A DNA stretch of 23,753 nucleotides from a virus: the UHGV virus genome UHGV-0105281; one strand, 5' to 3'. This document shows positions 7,794 through 19,442 of this stretch, piece after piece (positions within the stretch are counted from its first letter, which is position 1; each line of letters begins with the position of its first letter). The position numbers were made by a program, and so were the translations under genes. The notes under the pieces were generated by a model that was not told where the DNA came from, did not search any database, and saw only the letters and a program-made list of their open reading frames with translations.

Positions 7794-9994
7794 TGGCTGA
7801 TGATAGAAAGATGACTGACTGGCATCGCAAGGTGCTGTGCAACTTTGATAATGCCTGGTCAGCAACGCAGGATATGCGTGAGCAGATTATTGAGGCTCAA
7901 CGTTTCGTCCGGGTATCCGGCGCACAGTGGGAAGGCAGCACAAACGCTGGTTACTCATTTGATGAAGGCAGGTTTGAGCATTACCCGCGCTTTGAACTGA
8001 ATAAGATTGCCCGTGAATGTGATCGCATCATTGGCGAGTATCGACAGAATCGCATCAGCGTTAAATTCAGGCCGAAGGACGATAAGGCATCGGAAGCGTT
8101 AGCCGAAAAGATGAACGGCAAATTCCGCGCTGACTATCAGGAAACATCCGGTGGCGAAGCGTGTGATAACGCATTTGATGATGCTGTAACGGGCGGATTC
8201 GGTTGTTTCCGCATGTGTGCCGATTACGAAGATGAAATGGATCCGAGTAACGAGCAACGCCGTATAAGCCTTCTTCCTGTTTACGACCCAGCGACATGCG
8301 TCTTCTTCGATCAGGACAGCAAGCAATATGACCGCTCTGATGCTATGTGGGCTATGGAAATGTTCTCCATGACGCCTAAAGCGTTCGAAGCTGAATACCC
8401 TGATTCCATCGCTGCAAGTCTTTCTCGTGATGGCACTGGCACTCAATATGACTGGTCAACTCCTGATGCTATCTATGTTGGTCGCTACTATGAAGTCCGC
8501 ATAGAGAAGGTGAAGCTCACGGCGTGGCGCAACCCTGTTAGCGGAGAAACGGCAATCTATGATGAAGAGCAAATCAAAGATATTGTCGACGAGCTAACCG
8601 ATGGTGCATTCGAACTGATCGGTGAGCGAACGGTGAAGAAACGCCGCGTTTATTGCGGTCTTCTGTCTGGCGCTGAATGGCTGGAAGAACCGAAGCGCAT
8701 TCCGGGCGAACATATTCCTCTCATCCCGGTATATGGGCGTCGTTCATTTGTTGATAATCAGGAGCGAATCGAAGGCCACGCAGCAAAAGCGATGGATGCA
8801 CAGCGTCTTGAGAACCTGATGGTTTCCATGATTGCAGATAACGCTACTCAGGCTGGCGGTGATGGCATTCCTGTAGTTGATGTTGACATGATTCCTGGTC
8901 CTCTCGCCACTCATTGGGCGGAGCGCAACAAAAATCGCCCGGCGTTCCTGCCGATGGTCAGTCTGAAAAACAAAAACGGAGATATTACTGCGCAGGCTCA
9001 GGTCAGCAGTTATACGCCTCCGACACAAATGCCTCCAGCTCTTGCCGGGCTATTGCAGTACACCGGAACGGCTATTCAGCAAATTACAGGTGCGTCGCAG
9101 CTTGAGAACATGCCGAGCAACGTCGCCACCGATACCGTTGATAGCATCTTTAACCGGATGGATACGCAGTCCTATATCTACATGGACAACATGGCTAAAT
9201 CCATGCGTCGCGCTGGCGTTGTGTGGCTTTCTATGGCGCGTGAGGTCTATGGCAGTGATACGCCGATGCGTATCGTTAATGAGGACGGCAGCGATGACGT
9301 GGCGCTGATGACTGGTGAAGTGGTTGACCGTCAGACAGGGCAGGTTATCGCGCTTAATGACCTTTCGCAGGGCAACTATGAAGTGACTGTCGATGTCGGT
9401 CAGTCGTTCGCTACTCGCCGTGATGCAACGGTTAAGTCGTTACTTTCCATGCTGGCACTTATCCCACCAGGAACGCAGAAGCACGACCTTGTATCGTCGA
9501 TGATTCTCGACAATATGGACGGCGAAGGGATGGACGACCTTAAAGAATACAACCGCAATCAGTTGCTTCTGTCTGGAGTTATCAAGCCGAGAACACCAGA
9601 AGAACAGAAGATGGTTGAGCAGGCGAAACAACAACAGGCCAGTCAGCCAGATCCGGCTATGGTTGCTGCGCAAGGTCAGCTTCTTGCTGGTCAGGCTGAA
9701 TTGCAGAAAGCGCAGAACGAACAGGCAGCCATTCAGGTTAAAGCATTCCAGGCACAGACTGATGCTCAGGTTGCAGCGGCAAATGTTGTGAAAATACTCG
9801 CATCTGCCGATAGTCAGCAGAAATCTGATATCCGCGAGGCTCTGAAACTGCTCGGACAGTTCCAGCAACAGCAAGGAGACAATGCCCGTGCTGATGCAGA
9901 GCTTGTCCTGAAAAGTCAGGCACAGGGTCATGCGCAGCGCATGGACATCAGCAGCATCCTGCAAAAATCAACTCAGCAACAACCACAGCAGTAA
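7793..9994 (+). CDS. Portal protein (P22 gp1-like)
   Basis: About 733 aa; conserved KRRRVY...GEHIPLIPVYG and a long helical Gln-rich C-terminal region as in P22 portal; ATG 7793 follows a GGAG RBS. The ORF track starts at a TTG at 7778. Confidence 0.9.
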   Translation: MADDRKMTDWHRKVLCNFDNAWSATQDMREQIIEAQRFVRVSGAQWEGSTNAGYSFDEGRFEHYPRFELNKIARECDRIIGEYRQNRISVKFRPKDDKASEALAEKMNGKFRADYQETSGGEACDNAFDDAVTGGFGCFRMCADYEDEMDPSNEQRRISLLPVYDPATCVFFDQDSKQYDRSDAMWAMEMFSMTPKAFEAEYPDSIAASLSRDGTGTQYDWSTPDAIYVGRYYEVRIEKVKLTAWRNPVSGETAIYDEEQIKDIVDELTDGAFELIGERTVKKRRVYCGLLSGAEWLEEPKRIPGEHIPLIPVYGRRSFVDNQERIEGHAAKAMDAQRLENLMVSMIADNATQAGGDGIPVVDVDMIPGPLATHWAERNKNRPAFLPMVSLKNKNGDITAQAQVSSYTPPTQMPPALAGLLQYTGTAIQQITGASQLENMPSNVATDTVDSIFNRMDTQSYIYMDNMAKSMRRAGVVWLSMAREVYGSDTPMRIVNEDGSDDVALMTGEVVDRQTGQVIALNDLSQGNYEVTVDVGQSFATRRDATVKSLLSMLALIPPGTQKHDLVSSMILDNMDGEGMDDLKEYNRNQLLLSGVIKPRTPEEQKMVEQAKQQQASQPDPAMVAAQGQLLAGQAELQKAQNEQAAIQVKAFQAQTDAQVAAANVVKILASADSQQKSDIREALKLLGQFQQQQGDNARADAELVLKSQAQGHAQRMDISSILQKSTQQQPQQ

Positions 9995-10084
9995 TTAACC
10001 CATAACGTGCAATGGCTGTCTTTATGAGGCCTGGCACCCTATTGCCTTCCGATGGGCTGAACATCGAGTAAACAGGGGTAACAA

Positions 10085-10981
10085 ATGGACCAGATGGCAG
10101 AAAACACACCAGAAGTTGAAATCGAAACCGACGCGTCAGAGCAGATTCCTGATGATGTCGAACTGGCTGAAGAAGTCGAAACAGAAGATGGCAGTGAGTC
10201 CTCCGGCAATGATGCAGAGGAAGCTACTGAAACTGATGACGACGAATCAGAACAGGAATTCTACTTTGGTGACGAAAAGCTGGATTCGCCAACCAGCGAA
10301 GATGGCGCAGAGCATGGACTGGTAAAACACCTGCGCAAGACGATTAAAGAGAAAGACCGTGAGCTGAAAGAGCTGATGCGTCAGTCTCAGAAACCCGTCG
10401 AGCAGCAGCCGGTAATCACTCAACCACCGCGAATGCCAAAACTGGATGATGAGGACATCGGTTTCGATGAAGAAATCTACCAGCAACGCATGGCTAAGTG
10501 GGCAGAGGATAACGGCAAGTACCAGCAACAGGAGATGGCTCGCAAGCAGAAGGAGCAGGAGCTTCAGGCTGCCTATCAAGAGCGATTATCCAAATATCAG
10601 CAACGTGTTAAGGCTCTCAAAGTTCCTGGCTATCAGGAAGCTGAGCAGGCCGTACTCGAGGAAATTCCCATCGAGACACAAAACGCGATCCTGTTTGAGT
10701 CAGAGAAGCCGGAAATCGTTGTTCTGGCGCTCGGTCGCAACGCTGAACTGCGCAAGCAACTGGCAGAAGCTACCAACCCCGTAGCAATTGGTCGTCTGCT
10801 GGAACGTATAGAATCGAAGGCCAGAATCATGCCAAAAGCAAAAACCACGGCAGCCACAACCCCGACAGTTAAGGGGAGCAACGGCGCAGTAATCAATAAC
10901 CTCGACAAACTTCTCGAAAAAGCGCGCGACACCGGTGATTACACCGAATACCGGGCGGCGAAGAACAAAGCTAAAAAATAA
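10085..10981 (+). CDS. Scaffolding protein (gp8-like)
   Basis: 298 aa, highly acidic N-terminus, helical and charged throughout; lies between portal and coat. Confidence 0.75.
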   Translation: MDQMAENTPEVEIETDASEQIPDDVELAEEVETEDGSESSGNDAEEATETDDDESEQEFYFGDEKLDSPTSEDGAEHGLVKHLRKTIKEKDRELKELMRQSQKPVEQQPVITQPPRMPKLDDEDIGFDEEIYQQRMAKWAEDNGKYQQQEMARKQKEQELQAAYQERLSKYQQRVKALKVPGYQEAEQAVLEEIPIETQNAILFESEKPEIVVLALGRNAELRKQLAEATNPVAIGRLLERIESKARIMPKAKTTAATTPTVKGSNGAVINNLDKLLEKARDTGDYTEYRAAKNKAKK

Positions 10982-11001
10982 TCCATCGGAGCTAAATACC
11001 T

Positions 11002-12261
11002 ATGTCTAACCAGTTAACAAAAGACCTCGAAATCCTCTTTGAGAGCGTCATTGATAGTTTTGAGGCGTCCAATGTCGTTTCCCGCGAGTGCAGCAAGTTC
11101 CGACCGGGCGACATTGAAATGCAGCGCGCTGGCGACGTTGTTTATCGCCCTCAGGGCTACCACCTGAAAACCGTGAGCGGACTTGATCTGACTTCGGCCA
11201 CTGCAAACTCACTCGTTCAGCGTCAGGTGCCTGCTCGCTTCCGCGAGCCAGAGAACGTCATCTACGAACTGGACGCAAAAGAAATGCGCGATCCGTGGCA
11301 CAAAGAGCAGGCTGGCAAGGCGGCGGGTCGCCAGTTGGCGGCGTGGGTTGATAACATGATCGTCGATGAGGTGGTCGCTCGCTCCACCAACGTGGTCACC
11401 ATTAAATCGGCGTCCACCGGTAGCACTCTCGGCGAAGAACTCTGGAACGCATCGGCTGACGTTGATGCAATGATGCTGTCCATTGGTGTGCCTCAGGGTG
11501 GTCAGCGCAAGGCGTTCTACAACCCGTTCAACTACAAAGACCTGGCTAAGGAGCTTGGCTCTCGCGCATATGCGGTCGGTGCAACTCTGACAGCCTATGA
11601 GAAAGCTCAGATTCCACCTGTGGCATCCTTCGACAGTTTCCGCGTTGATTATGCTGGCGCAATGAAGGCTGGTTCAGCTACCGCTGTAACTCTCGGCGGC
11701 GCAGTAAAACACAAAGTTACCGCGATGGATTCCAACGGCGCGCCTACCGATAACCGCCAGGGTGACATCACCGTATCCACTGCTGGCGTACTGGCTGTCG
11801 GCGATGCATTCACTATCGCAGGCGTTAACAGTGTCCACATGATCAAGAAGGTGGATACAGGTAAGCCGCAGGTATTCCGCGTCCTGGCAGTAAATGGCAC
11901 TACCGTTACCATCAGCCCGAAAATTCTGCCACCAGACAACGCGGATAAGGCGTCTATTCCTTACCAGAACGTTACCGCCAATCCGGTGGCAAACGCGGCG
12001 ATCACCATCCTCAACAAGAAGGCTGCGGCTTCCAACATCTTCTTCGCTGAGGGTTCTGTTGAGCTGATGTATGGCAAGTTGGCATTCCCTACCGGCCAGG
12101 GTCCGCAGGTTATGACCGCAACGACCGAGCAGGGTGCGACCATCATCATGGCTTACCAATTCGACGCTAAATCTGGCAAAACGTGGACTCGCTTCACCAC
12201 GCTGGCTGGCGCAAGCGTACTGGTCCCGGAATTCACCGGCCTGGTACTGGCTAACCAGTAA
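11002..12261 (+). CDS. Major capsid (coat) protein (gp5-like)
   Basis: 419 aa in the coat position after the scaffold gene, followed by a strong terminator. Confidence 0.8.
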   Translation: MSNQLTKDLEILFESVIDSFEASNVVSRECSKFRPGDIEMQRAGDVVYRPQGYHLKTVSGLDLTSATANSLVQRQVPARFREPENVIYELDAKEMRDPWHKEQAGKAAGRQLAAWVDNMIVDEVVARSTNVVTIKSASTGSTLGEELWNASADVDAMMLSIGVPQGGQRKAFYNPFNYKDLAKELGSRAYAVGATLTAYEKAQIPPVASFDSFRVDYAGAMKAGSATAVTLGGAVKHKVTAMDSNGAPTDNRQGDITVSTAGVLAVGDAFTIAGVNSVHMIKKVDTGKPQVFRVLAVNGTTVTISPKILPPDNADKASIPYQNVTANPVANAAITILNKKAAASNIFFAEGSVELMYGKLAFPTGQGPQVMTATTEQGATIIMAYQFDAKSGKTWTRFTTLAGASVLVPEFTGLVLANQ

Positions 12262-12265
12262 TCCA

Positions 12266-12289
12266 AGGGGCTTCGGCCCCTCTTTTTTT
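12266..12289 (+). terminator. Intrinsic terminator after the coat gene (GGGGC-TTCG-GCCCC plus T-run)
   Basis: Perfect GC-rich tetraloop hairpin followed by cttttttt. Confidence 0.7.
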
Positions 12290-12299
12290 GGAGATCGAA

Positions 12300-12488
12300 A
12301 TGTCTCAAATCATGCTTTATAAGCCGGGAACGATGATCACCTGCGGCCCCCACTCGCTGGATTACATCATCGTTGATGACGAAGAAGTTAAATCTCACCT
12401 GAAAAAAGGCTGGGTAAAAACTCCTGAAGAAACCGCAACGAAGCAAAAAGTGGCTAAGGCGGAAGAAGATGGCGAAAACGAAGGGTGA
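12300..12488 (+). CDS. Hypothetical small protein
   Basis: 62 aa from ATG 12300 with a GGAG RBS 6 nt upstream; overlaps the gp4 start by 20 nt. Confidence 0.45.
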   Translation: MSQIMLYKPGTMITCGPHSLDYIIVDDEEVKSHLKKGWVKTPEETATKQKVAKAEEDGENEG

Positions 12489-12930
12489 TCTCGTTCTAAA
12501 GGCTTTACGAAAAGCCGGGCTGTATTCCAATGCCACGTTGACAGATGCTGACCCTCAGGCAATTGAAGATGCCATTAATGACCTCGAAGACATGATGGCA
12601 GCATGGCAGGCTAAAGGTATCGAGCTTGGATATCAGTTTGCTGATACAGAAAACGGCATCATGCCGTTACCTGACGATGATTCAGGTATCCCTGCATGGG
12701 CAAATGATGGCGTCGCTTTGAAACTCGCTGTGCAAGTGTGCATGGATAACGTCATTCAGCCGTCAGACGCTCTCCTTACCGCTGCTGACAGTGCATATCA
12801 AACAATCTGTATCGCTTTAACCAAAATACCACCACTTGAGCGGCGAAATGATATGCCTCGCGGGGCGGGGTTAAAAAGCGCGTTTACGTGGAATCGGTTT
12901 TACATCGAGAAAGATGAACCGAGTACGTGA
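12469..12930 (+). CDS. Head completion / tail accessory protein (P22 gp4-like)
   Basis: N-terminus TKGDLVLKALRKAGLYSNATLTDADPQAIEDAINDLEDMMAAW resembles P22 gp4. Confidence 0.8.
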   Translation: MAKTKGDLVLKALRKAGLYSNATLTDADPQAIEDAINDLEDMMAAWQAKGIELGYQFADTENGIMPLPDDDSGIPAWANDGVALKLAVQVCMDNVIQPSDALLTAADSAYQTICIALTKIPPLERRNDMPRGAGLKSAFTWNRFYIEKDEPST

Positions 12931-12939
12931 GGTGAATAA

Positions 12940-14358
12940 ATGCCGATTCAGCAACTTCCGCTTATGAAAGGTGTCGGCAAAGACTTTCGAAACGCCGACT
13001 ATATCGACTATCTGCCAGTGAATATGCTGGCTACGCCCAAAGAAATACTCAACAGCAGCGGATATCTTCGCTCATTCCCGGGCATTGCCAAACGTTCTGA
13101 TGTGAACGGCGTATCGCGGGGCGTCGAGTACAACATGGCGCAGAATGCTGTTTATCGCGTATGTGGTGGTAAGCTGTACAAAGGAGAAAGTGAAGTCGGT
13201 GACGTCGCCGGAAGTGGTCGCGTATCAATGGCGCATGGTCGAACATCTCAGGCTGTAGGCGTTAATGGTCAACTGGTCGAGTATCGCTATGATGGTACGG
13301 TTAAAACCGTCTCAAACTGGCCTACAGACAGCGGATTCACGCAGTATGAGTTAGGCTCAGTCCGCGACATTACGCGATTACGTGGGCGTTATGCGTGGTC
13401 AAAAGACGGTACTGATTCATGGTTTATCACTGACCTTGAAGACGAATCTCATCCTGACCGCTACAGCGCACAATATCGCGCAGAATCGCAGCCTGACGGC
13501 ATCATCGGCATCGGAACATGGCGAGACTTCATCGTATGCTTTGGTTCATCAACGATTGAATATTTCTCCCTGACTGGCGCAACCACCGTTGGTGCCGCGT
13601 TGTATGTCGCACAGCCATCACTGATGGTGCAGAAAGGAATTGCCGGAACCTACTGCAAAACGCCGTTTGCTGATTCGTATGCGTTCATCAGCAATCCGGC
13701 AACGGGTGCGCCGTCTGTGTACATCATCGGTTCCGGTCAGGTGTCACCAATCGCCAGCGCGAGCATTGAGAAAATCCTCCGCTCCTACACTGCTGATGAA
13801 CTGGCTGATGGCGTGATGGAATCGTTGCGCTTTGATGCTCATGAGTTGCTGATTATCCACCTTCCGCGCCACGTCCTAGTATATGACGCATCTTCAAGCG
13901 CTAATGGTCCGCAATGGTGTGTGCTGAAAACAGGCTTGTATGACGATGTGTACCGCGCTATCGACTTCATTTACGAAGGCAATCAGATAACGTGCGGAGA
14001 TAAGCTGGAATCGGTTATCGGCAAATTGCAGTTCGATATCAGCAGCCAGTATGGGCTACAGCAAGAACACCTGTTGTTTACACCACTCTTCAAAGCTGAG
14101 AACGCCAGATGTTTTGATCTGGAAGTTGAATCATCGACTGGTGTCGCTCAGTACGCTGACCGCCTGTTCCTCTCTGCAACCACTGACGGCATCAATTGGG
14201 GAAAAGAGCAGATGATTGAGCAGAATGAACCGTTCGTTTACGACAAACGCGTTTTGTGGAAGCGAGTAGGGCGCATCAGGAAAAATGTCGGCTTCAAATT
14301 GCGCGTTATCACGAAGTCACCTGTCACTCTGTCTGGCGCTCAGATAAGGATCGAGTAA
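12940..14358 (+). CDS. Tail accessory protein (P22 gp10-like)
   Basis: 472 aa, same length as P22 gp10, with a similar N-terminus (MPIQQLP...[36 protein letters not shown]). Confidence 0.9.
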   Translation: MPIQQLPLMKGVGKDFRNADYIDYLPVNMLATPKEILNSSGYLRSFPGIAKRSDVNGVSRGVEYNMAQNAVYRVCGGKLYKGESEVGDVAGSGRVSMAHGRTSQAVGVNGQLVEYRYDGTVKTVSNWPTDSGFTQYELGSVRDITRLRGRYAWSKDGTDSWFITDLEDESHPDRYSAQYRAESQPDGIIGIGTWRDFIVCFGSSTIEYFSLTGATTVGAALYVAQPSLMVQKGIAGTYCKTPFADSYAFISNPATGAPSVYIIGSGQVSPIASASIEKILRSYTADELADGVMESLRFDAHELLIIHLPRHVLVYDASSSANGPQWCVLKTGLYDDVYRAIDFIYEGNQITCGDKLESVIGKLQFDISSQYGLQQEHLLFTPLFKAENARCFDLEVESSTGVAQYADRLFLSATTDGINWGKEQMIEQNEPFVYDKRVLWKRVGRIRKNVGFKLRVITKSPVTLSGAQIRIE

Positions 14359-15059
14359 TGGCTGATTCGAATCTCAACACCCCTGTTATTGTGCAGGCGA
14401 CGCGGCTCGATACATCAATCCTTCCACGCAATATATTCAGCCAGTCTTACCTGCTGTATGTCATTAATCAGGGGGCTGATGTCGGCGCAATTGCCGGGAA
14501 GGCAAATCAGGCTGGTCAGGGCGCTTACGATGCTCAGGTGAAAAACGATGAACAGGACGTCGAACTGGCAGATCACGATTCAAGAATCACCGCAAACACA
14601 AAAGCGATAAATCTCCTTGAGGTCAGGTTAACAACCGCCGAAGGGAAGATAGTCGTACTGCGTAGCGATGTTGATTACTTGCTGGATGAGGTTATCGATA
14701 TTCAGGCGCATCTGGTCACTGTTGACAAAAGACTGGATGGCGTAGAAAGCGATGTATCTGACATTAAGAGTGATTACGTATCGAAAACCGTAACAGAATC
14801 GCAGTCTCTTGCGTCACCGCTGGATGTAAAAACATCATATTCAGTTGATGGAATTCAGGTTGTTGGAGCAAGAAATACCGGATGGACTGCAGCCACAGGT
14901 ACGCCACTTCTTGGCTCATTCAACGCTAACCAGTCATACACTGTCGGCACTACGTACACACAATCCGAAGTCGCAGCTATCGCTACAGGTTTGGAGCAGG
15001 CGCGGCAGCGTATTCTGGCGCTTGAAACAGCACTTAGATTACATGGGCTGATTGACTGA
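14358..15059 (+). CDS. Tail needle protein (P22 gp26-like)
   Basis: 233 aa from ATG 14358 (TAATG overlap with gp10); N-terminus [36 protein letters not shown] and a coiled-coil core match gp26. The ORF-track start at 14256 overlaps gp10. Confidence 0.9.
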   Translation: MADSNLNTPVIVQATRLDTSILPRNIFSQSYLLYVINQGADVGAIAGKANQAGQGAYDAQVKNDEQDVELADHDSRITANTKAINLLEVRLTTAEGKIVVLRSDVDYLLDEVIDIQAHLVTVDKRLDGVESDVSDIKSDYVSKTVTESQSLASPLDVKTSYSVDGIQVVGARNTGWTAATGTPLLGSFNANQSYTVGTTYTQSEVAAIATGLEQARQRILALETALRLHGLID

Positions 15060-15514
15060 TGATTACATTCAAACCAACACGAAACATCGACCTGATAGAA
15101 GCCGTGGGAAATCACCCTGACATTATTGCCGGGAGCAACAACGGTGATGGATACGACTACAAGCCTGAATGCCGTTACTTTGAGGTTAACGTGCACGGTC
15201 AGTTTGGCGGCATTGTTTACTATCAGGAGATTCAGCCGCTTACATTCGATTGCCACGCCATGTACCTGCCAGAGGTTCGCGGATTCAGCAAGGAAATCGG
15301 GCTGGCGTTCTGGCGATACATTCTGACTAACACCACCGTTCAGTGCGTCACATCGTTCGCTGCACGCAAATTCCGCCACGGGCAGATGTACTGCGCAATG
15401 ATTGGCCTTAAGCGTGTAGGAACCATCAAGAAATACTTCAAAGGCGTGGATGACGTGACGTTTTACAGCGCCACACGCGAAGAACTAATCGACTTCCTGA
15501 ATCACGGGAGATAG
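15059..15514 (+). CDS. gp14-like virion assembly protein
   Basis: 151 aa in the gp14 position; TGATG overlap with the needle gene. Confidence 0.65.
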   Translation: MITFKPTRNIDLIEAVGNHPDIIAGSNNGDGYDYKPECRYFEVNVHGQFGGIVYYQEIQPLTFDCHAMYLPEVRGFSKEIGLAFWRYILTNTTVQCVTSFAARKFRHGQMYCAMIGLKRVGTIKKYFKGVDDVTFYSATREELIDFLNHGR

Positions 15515-15516
15515 CC

Positions 15517-16209
15517 ATGTTATATGCATTTAAGCTGGGCAGAAAACTGCGCGGCGAGGAACCTTATTGCCCTGAAAAAGGCGGGAAAGGTGGCAGTTCT
15601 GATAAAAGCGCAAAGTATGCAGCAGAAGCCCAGAAGTATGCTGCAGACCTGCAAAATCAGCAGTTCAACACCATCATGAATAACCTGAAGCCGTTTACTC
15701 CTCTGGCTGATAAGTATGTAGGCAGCCTCGAAAACTTATCGTCTCTGGAGGGGCAAAGTCAGGCACTTAACCAGTATTACAACTCTCAGCAGTATAAAGA
15801 CCTTGCTGGTCAGGCGCGCTATCAGAGTCTGGCGGCAGCGGAAGCAACAGGTGGATTGGGTTCCACCGCAACCAGTAATCAGTTAGCAACAATCGCACCA
15901 ACGCTTGGTCAGCAATGGCTGTCTGGACAAATGAACAATTACAACAACCTGGCAAATATCGGTCTTGGCGCTCTTCAGGGGCAGGCAAACGCCGGGCAGA
16001 CATATGCCAACAACATGAGCCAGATTTCACAGCAAAGCGCGGCTCTTGCAGCGGCAAACGCCAACCGACCGTCAGCATTGCGGCAGGGTGTTAGTGGTGC
16101 TGCATCCGGTGCGCTTTTGGGTGGTGGCATAGCCAGTGCTCTCGAGCTATCAACTCCGTGGGGTGCTGGTATCGGTGCTGGTCTTGGTCTGCTTGGCTCG
16201 TTGTTTTAA
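15517..16209 (+). CDS. Ejection (internal virion) protein, gp7-like
   Basis: 230 aa, Gln/Asn/Ala-rich with a Gly-rich C-terminus, in the gp7 position. Confidence 0.8.
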   Translation: MLYAFKLGRKLRGEEPYCPEKGGKGGSSDKSAKYAAEAQKYAADLQNQQFNTIMNNLKPFTPLADKYVGSLENLSSLEGQSQALNQYYNSQQYKDLAGQARYQSLAAAEATGGLGSTATSNQLATIAPTLGQQWLSGQMNNYNNLANIGLGALQGQANAGQTYANNMSQISQQSAALAAANANRPSALRQGVSGAASGALLGGGIASALELSTPWGAGIGAGLGLLGSLF

Positions 16210-16219
16210 GGGGTAATCA

Positions 16220-17599
16220 ATGGCTACGTGGCAACAGGGTATTAATTCTGGTGGTTTTCTGGCTGGAATTGGTGCGCAAAATGAGAATGCGCCAAAGGCA
16301 AGCGACATTAACGCAACGCTTGGTCTGATTCGCGAAAACAATGAACTGGCTCGATCAGGTGCAAATAACGTTGCTCTGACAGGTCTTCGTGGTCTGGCTG
16401 GAGTTGCTGATATTTATAAGCAGCAGCAACAGCAGGAGCGTAAAGCGGCATTCCAGAAAGGTTATGCGGATGCTTATGCGTCCGGCGACAGGGAGCAGAT
16501 GCGTAATCTTATTACAGCATTCCCCGAAGAGTTTGAGGAAGTCCGTAAAGGCATGGGGTATGTCGATGACGCCCAGCGGGATGATTTTGGCAATCTGGCG
16601 CTTAAGGCTCAGGTCGCTTCGTCGCTTGGTCCGGGTGCATTTGGCAGGTTCATGATGGATAACGAAAATGAGATGCGTCGTTTAGGTATCCCTCCAGAAA
16701 CTATTGCGGAAATGCAGGTTAATGACCCGCAGGGCTTCCAGCACTTCACAGGTAATCTGGCACTATTTTCTCTCGGTCATGAGAAGTACTTCGATATCAA
16801 AGATCGAATGGAGGGGCGTCGACTTGAAGGAGAAAGAAATCAGTTAACTGCTCGTGGTCAGGATATCACGATGCGCGGTCAGGATTTATCTGCTGCTACT
16901 GCACGGAGAGGTCAGGATTTAGCGATGCAGAGAGCATCAATGAAAGGGGCTGTTGGTAATAATGAGCGCACAGTTCAACTAGCAGACGGAAGAACTGTAA
17001 CCGTAGGCGGGAAGCTTCATGGTGCAGGTGCTAACGCGTTCTACGAAGGAATAGACAATGAGGGGAACATGGTTCGCGTTCCTGCTGGCTCTATTGCTGC
17101 TCCGGCCACGTCGGCAGCAAGCGCGCAGAATTACGCAATGAAGAAAGATCTTGATGCAATTTCTGGCGCATCAATTGACGATCTTGGCTTCATGACTGGC
17201 ATTACAGGCTCTTCAGGTTCTCCTGCTCTTGGTGCAGATATTCGTAGCCGTGCCTCTGGTGGTGATCAGAGGAAACTATACAACGCTGCACAGCGAATCC
17301 AAGGAAAGATGCAGAATCAGGGCATTGCAGCAGCCAGAGACATGGGGGCATCTGGTATCAACACCGTTGCAGAAGCAAAGATGTATTTTCAAGGTATGCC
17401 ACAGGTTGATTTCTCAAGCCCTGAAGCACTACAACAATCAATGCGCGACATTCAGCAATATACCGACAATTACAACCAGCAATATAACGTTAATGTCGGT
17501 AATGGCGGGAAGAAATCATCAAGGCAACAGCCAGCTACTCAGCAATCAGCAGGAGGTAGCTACACGTCAAAATCAGGCATTCAATTTACGGTGGAATGA
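16220..17599 (+). CDS. Ejection protein, gp20-like
   Basis: 459 aa in the gp20 position. Confidence 0.8.
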   Translation: MATWQQGINSGGFLAGIGAQNENAPKASDINATLGLIRENNELARSGANNVALTGLRGLAGVADIYKQQQQQERKAAFQKGYADAYASGDREQMRNLITAFPEEFEEVRKGMGYVDDAQRDDFGNLALKAQVASSLGPGAFGRFMMDNENEMRRLGIPPETIAEMQVNDPQGFQHFTGNLALFSLGHEKYFDIKDRMEGRRLEGERNQLTARGQDITMRGQDLSAATARRGQDLAMQRASMKGAVGNNERTVQLADGRTVTVGGKLHGAGANAFYEGIDNEGNMVRVPAGSIAAPATSAASAQNYAMKKDLDAISGASIDDLGFMTGITGSSGSPALGADIRSRASGGDQRKLYNAAQRIQGKMQNQGIAAARDMGASGINTVAEAKMYFQGMPQVDFSSPEALQQSMRDIQQYTDNYNQQYNVNVGNGGKKSSRQQPATQQSAGGSYTSKSGIQFTVE

Positions 17600-19425
17600 T
17601 GAAAGTAACTGCAAACGGTAAGACATTTACCTTTCCTGATGGTACGAGCACCGAAGATATTGGCACCGCCATTGATGAGTATTTTGCTGGTCAGGCTGTT
17701 CAGCAACAAACAGTTAATCAGGCCAATAATGCACCAACACAGGAAGAACCATCATTGATGCAACAAGCTGGCGATTGGCTCACTGGTGGTCAAAGTGCAG
17801 GGCAAATTGCAGAACAGGCTGGTCGTGGTCTGGTAAACATACCATTTGACGTATTGCAGGGTGGCGCAAGTCTGATTAATGCAATCAGCCAGGGGCTTGG
17901 TGGTCACAAGGTTTTGGACGATGTCTATCGTCCAGTAGATCGACCAACAGACCCTTATGCGCAAGCTGGAGAAACAATTGGCGGGTATTTAGTTCCAGGA
18001 GTTGGAACTGCAGGAAGCATGGCTATTGGATCACTGGCAGAAGCCGCAAACCAGAAAGGCGATTTCGCGCAAAATGCAGCCATAAACGCCGGAGTTAACC
18101 TTGCTGCTCAGGGTGTTCTTTCCGCAGCAGCAAAGGGAATAGGGCGTGGAATAACGGCTATAAAAGGCGATATCGCGCCAGAAGTAGCGAAAAAAATTGC
18201 CACCTCAGAATCGATGGGCGTGACACCAATGACATCTGATGTTATCCCGCCGAAAAATGCTTTCACTCGCGGCCTAACTCAGGATGCCGAGGGGGCTTTG
18301 CTCGGGACAGGCTCAAAGCGAGCTGAGCAGTATGCAAAAAGAAGTCAGCTAGTTAAAAAACAGCTTGAGAAATATGGTGAATATAGCCCATCAGTTGTTG
18401 TTGACGATCTGTATGGTTCTCTGAAGTCAAGGAAGGATTCGGCCGGAAGCGTTATTGAAGACATTACAGCCAAAATGGGAGACACACCAGTTGACACATC
18501 AAAATCTATTAAGGTTATCGACAACGTACTTACCAGAGCTAATAGGCTTGGGAAAGTGGCAAATAAGGATTTGATTCGCGGGTTATCCGATTTGCGAGAA
18601 GAACTTGCTAAACCAGATATAGATTTTGGTCTATTGAGAGAGTTGCGGTCAGCCTTGAGGGAAAGTATTCAGGGAGATGCCATGGTTTTTCCTAATAGCG
18701 CGAAAGCCGCAACTGATACCGTGGAGAGGGCAATGGGGGCAGATTTGAGGAATAACGCAGCGCGGTATTTGGGGGCTGGAGAGGCCGCCAGATACGTCAA
18801 GGCAAACTCTGACTACTCTAACGTCTTCAATAAGGTTCTTAATAAAAGGATTGCGAATAATCTCAACAAAGCTAAAAAAGAGTTTACTCCAGAGCTAATA
18901 AACAGTGTTGTATTCAGCAGAAAACCATCAGATATTAAGAGGATATGGCCAGCTCTTAGTGAAGATGGAAAGAACGCTATGCGTGCTGCTTATATCAGCA
19001 AGATTGCAGAAAAAGCAGGAGACTCGCCAACAAAATTTCTTACCGAGTTAAATAAGTTGAAGTCGCAATCTGACGGTCAGATCTATAACACGATATTCAG
19101 TGGGAGACACATGAAAGAGCTTGATGCTCTTCATGAAGTTCTACAGCAAACAGCAAGGTCGGACGCCGCAAATGTAGTAACACAGACAGGACAATCGCAA
19201 GCCAACAGGATAAGGACGATTGGCGCAACTGCGACTCTTGGCGTATCAATGGGGCTTGAGGCTGGTTTCGGTGCAATGATGCGCTTGTATGAGTCAAAAG
19301 CAGCAAGGAATGCTCTCTTACGTTTGGCAAACACCAAAGCAGGAACGCCAGCCTATGAAAGAGCATTAAGTAACGCTGCAAATGCCATCAGACCGCTGCT
19401 TGCCACTGAGGCAACACAGCAGTGA
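17596..19425 (+). CDS. Ejection protein, gp16-like
   Basis: 609 aa, same length as P22 gp16; ATGA overlap with gp20. Confidence 0.8.
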   Translation: MMKVTANGKTFTFPDGTSTEDIGTAIDEYFAGQAVQQQTVNQANNAPTQEEPSLMQQAGDWLTGGQSAGQIAEQAGRGLVNIPFDVLQGGASLINAISQGLGGHKVLDDVYRPVDRPTDPYAQAGETIGGYLVPGVGTAGSMAIGSLAEAANQKGDFAQNAAINAGVNLAAQGVLSAAAKGIGRGITAIKGDIAPEVAKKIATSESMGVTPMTSDVIPPKNAFTRGLTQDAEGALLGTGSKRAEQYAKRSQLVKKQLEKYGEYSPSVVVDDLYGSLKSRKDSAGSVIEDITAKMGDTPVDTSKSIKVIDNVLTRANRLGKVANKDLIRGLSDLREELAKPDIDFGLLRELRSALRESIQGDAMVFPNSAKAATDTVERAMGADLRNNAARYLGAGEAARYVKANSDYSNVFNKVLNKRIANNLNKAKKEFTPELINSVVFSRKPSDIKRIWPALSEDGKNAMRAAYISKIAEKAGDSPTKFLTELNKLKSQSDGQIYNTIFSGRHMKELDALHEVLQQTARSDAANVVTQTGQSQANRIRTIGATATLGVSMGLEAGFGAMMRLYESKAARNALLRLANTKAGTPAYERALSNAANAIRPLLATEATQQ

Positions 19426-19442
19426 CTAAATGCCATGGATGG

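Noticed and set aside
9440-9964. 174-aa antisense ORF inside the portal gene
   Set aside because: Antisense to the portal C-terminal region; Leu/Cys-rich low-complexity translation typical of a spurious frame.
11674-12159. 161-aa antisense ORF within the coat gene
   Set aside because: Antisense to a highly supported structural gene; no RBS or domain signature.
14256-14357. Upstream extension of the tail needle ORF overlapping gp10
   Set aside because: It overlaps the gp10 3' end by about 100 nt; ATG 14358 with TAATG coupling gives 233 aa with a gp26-like N-terminus.
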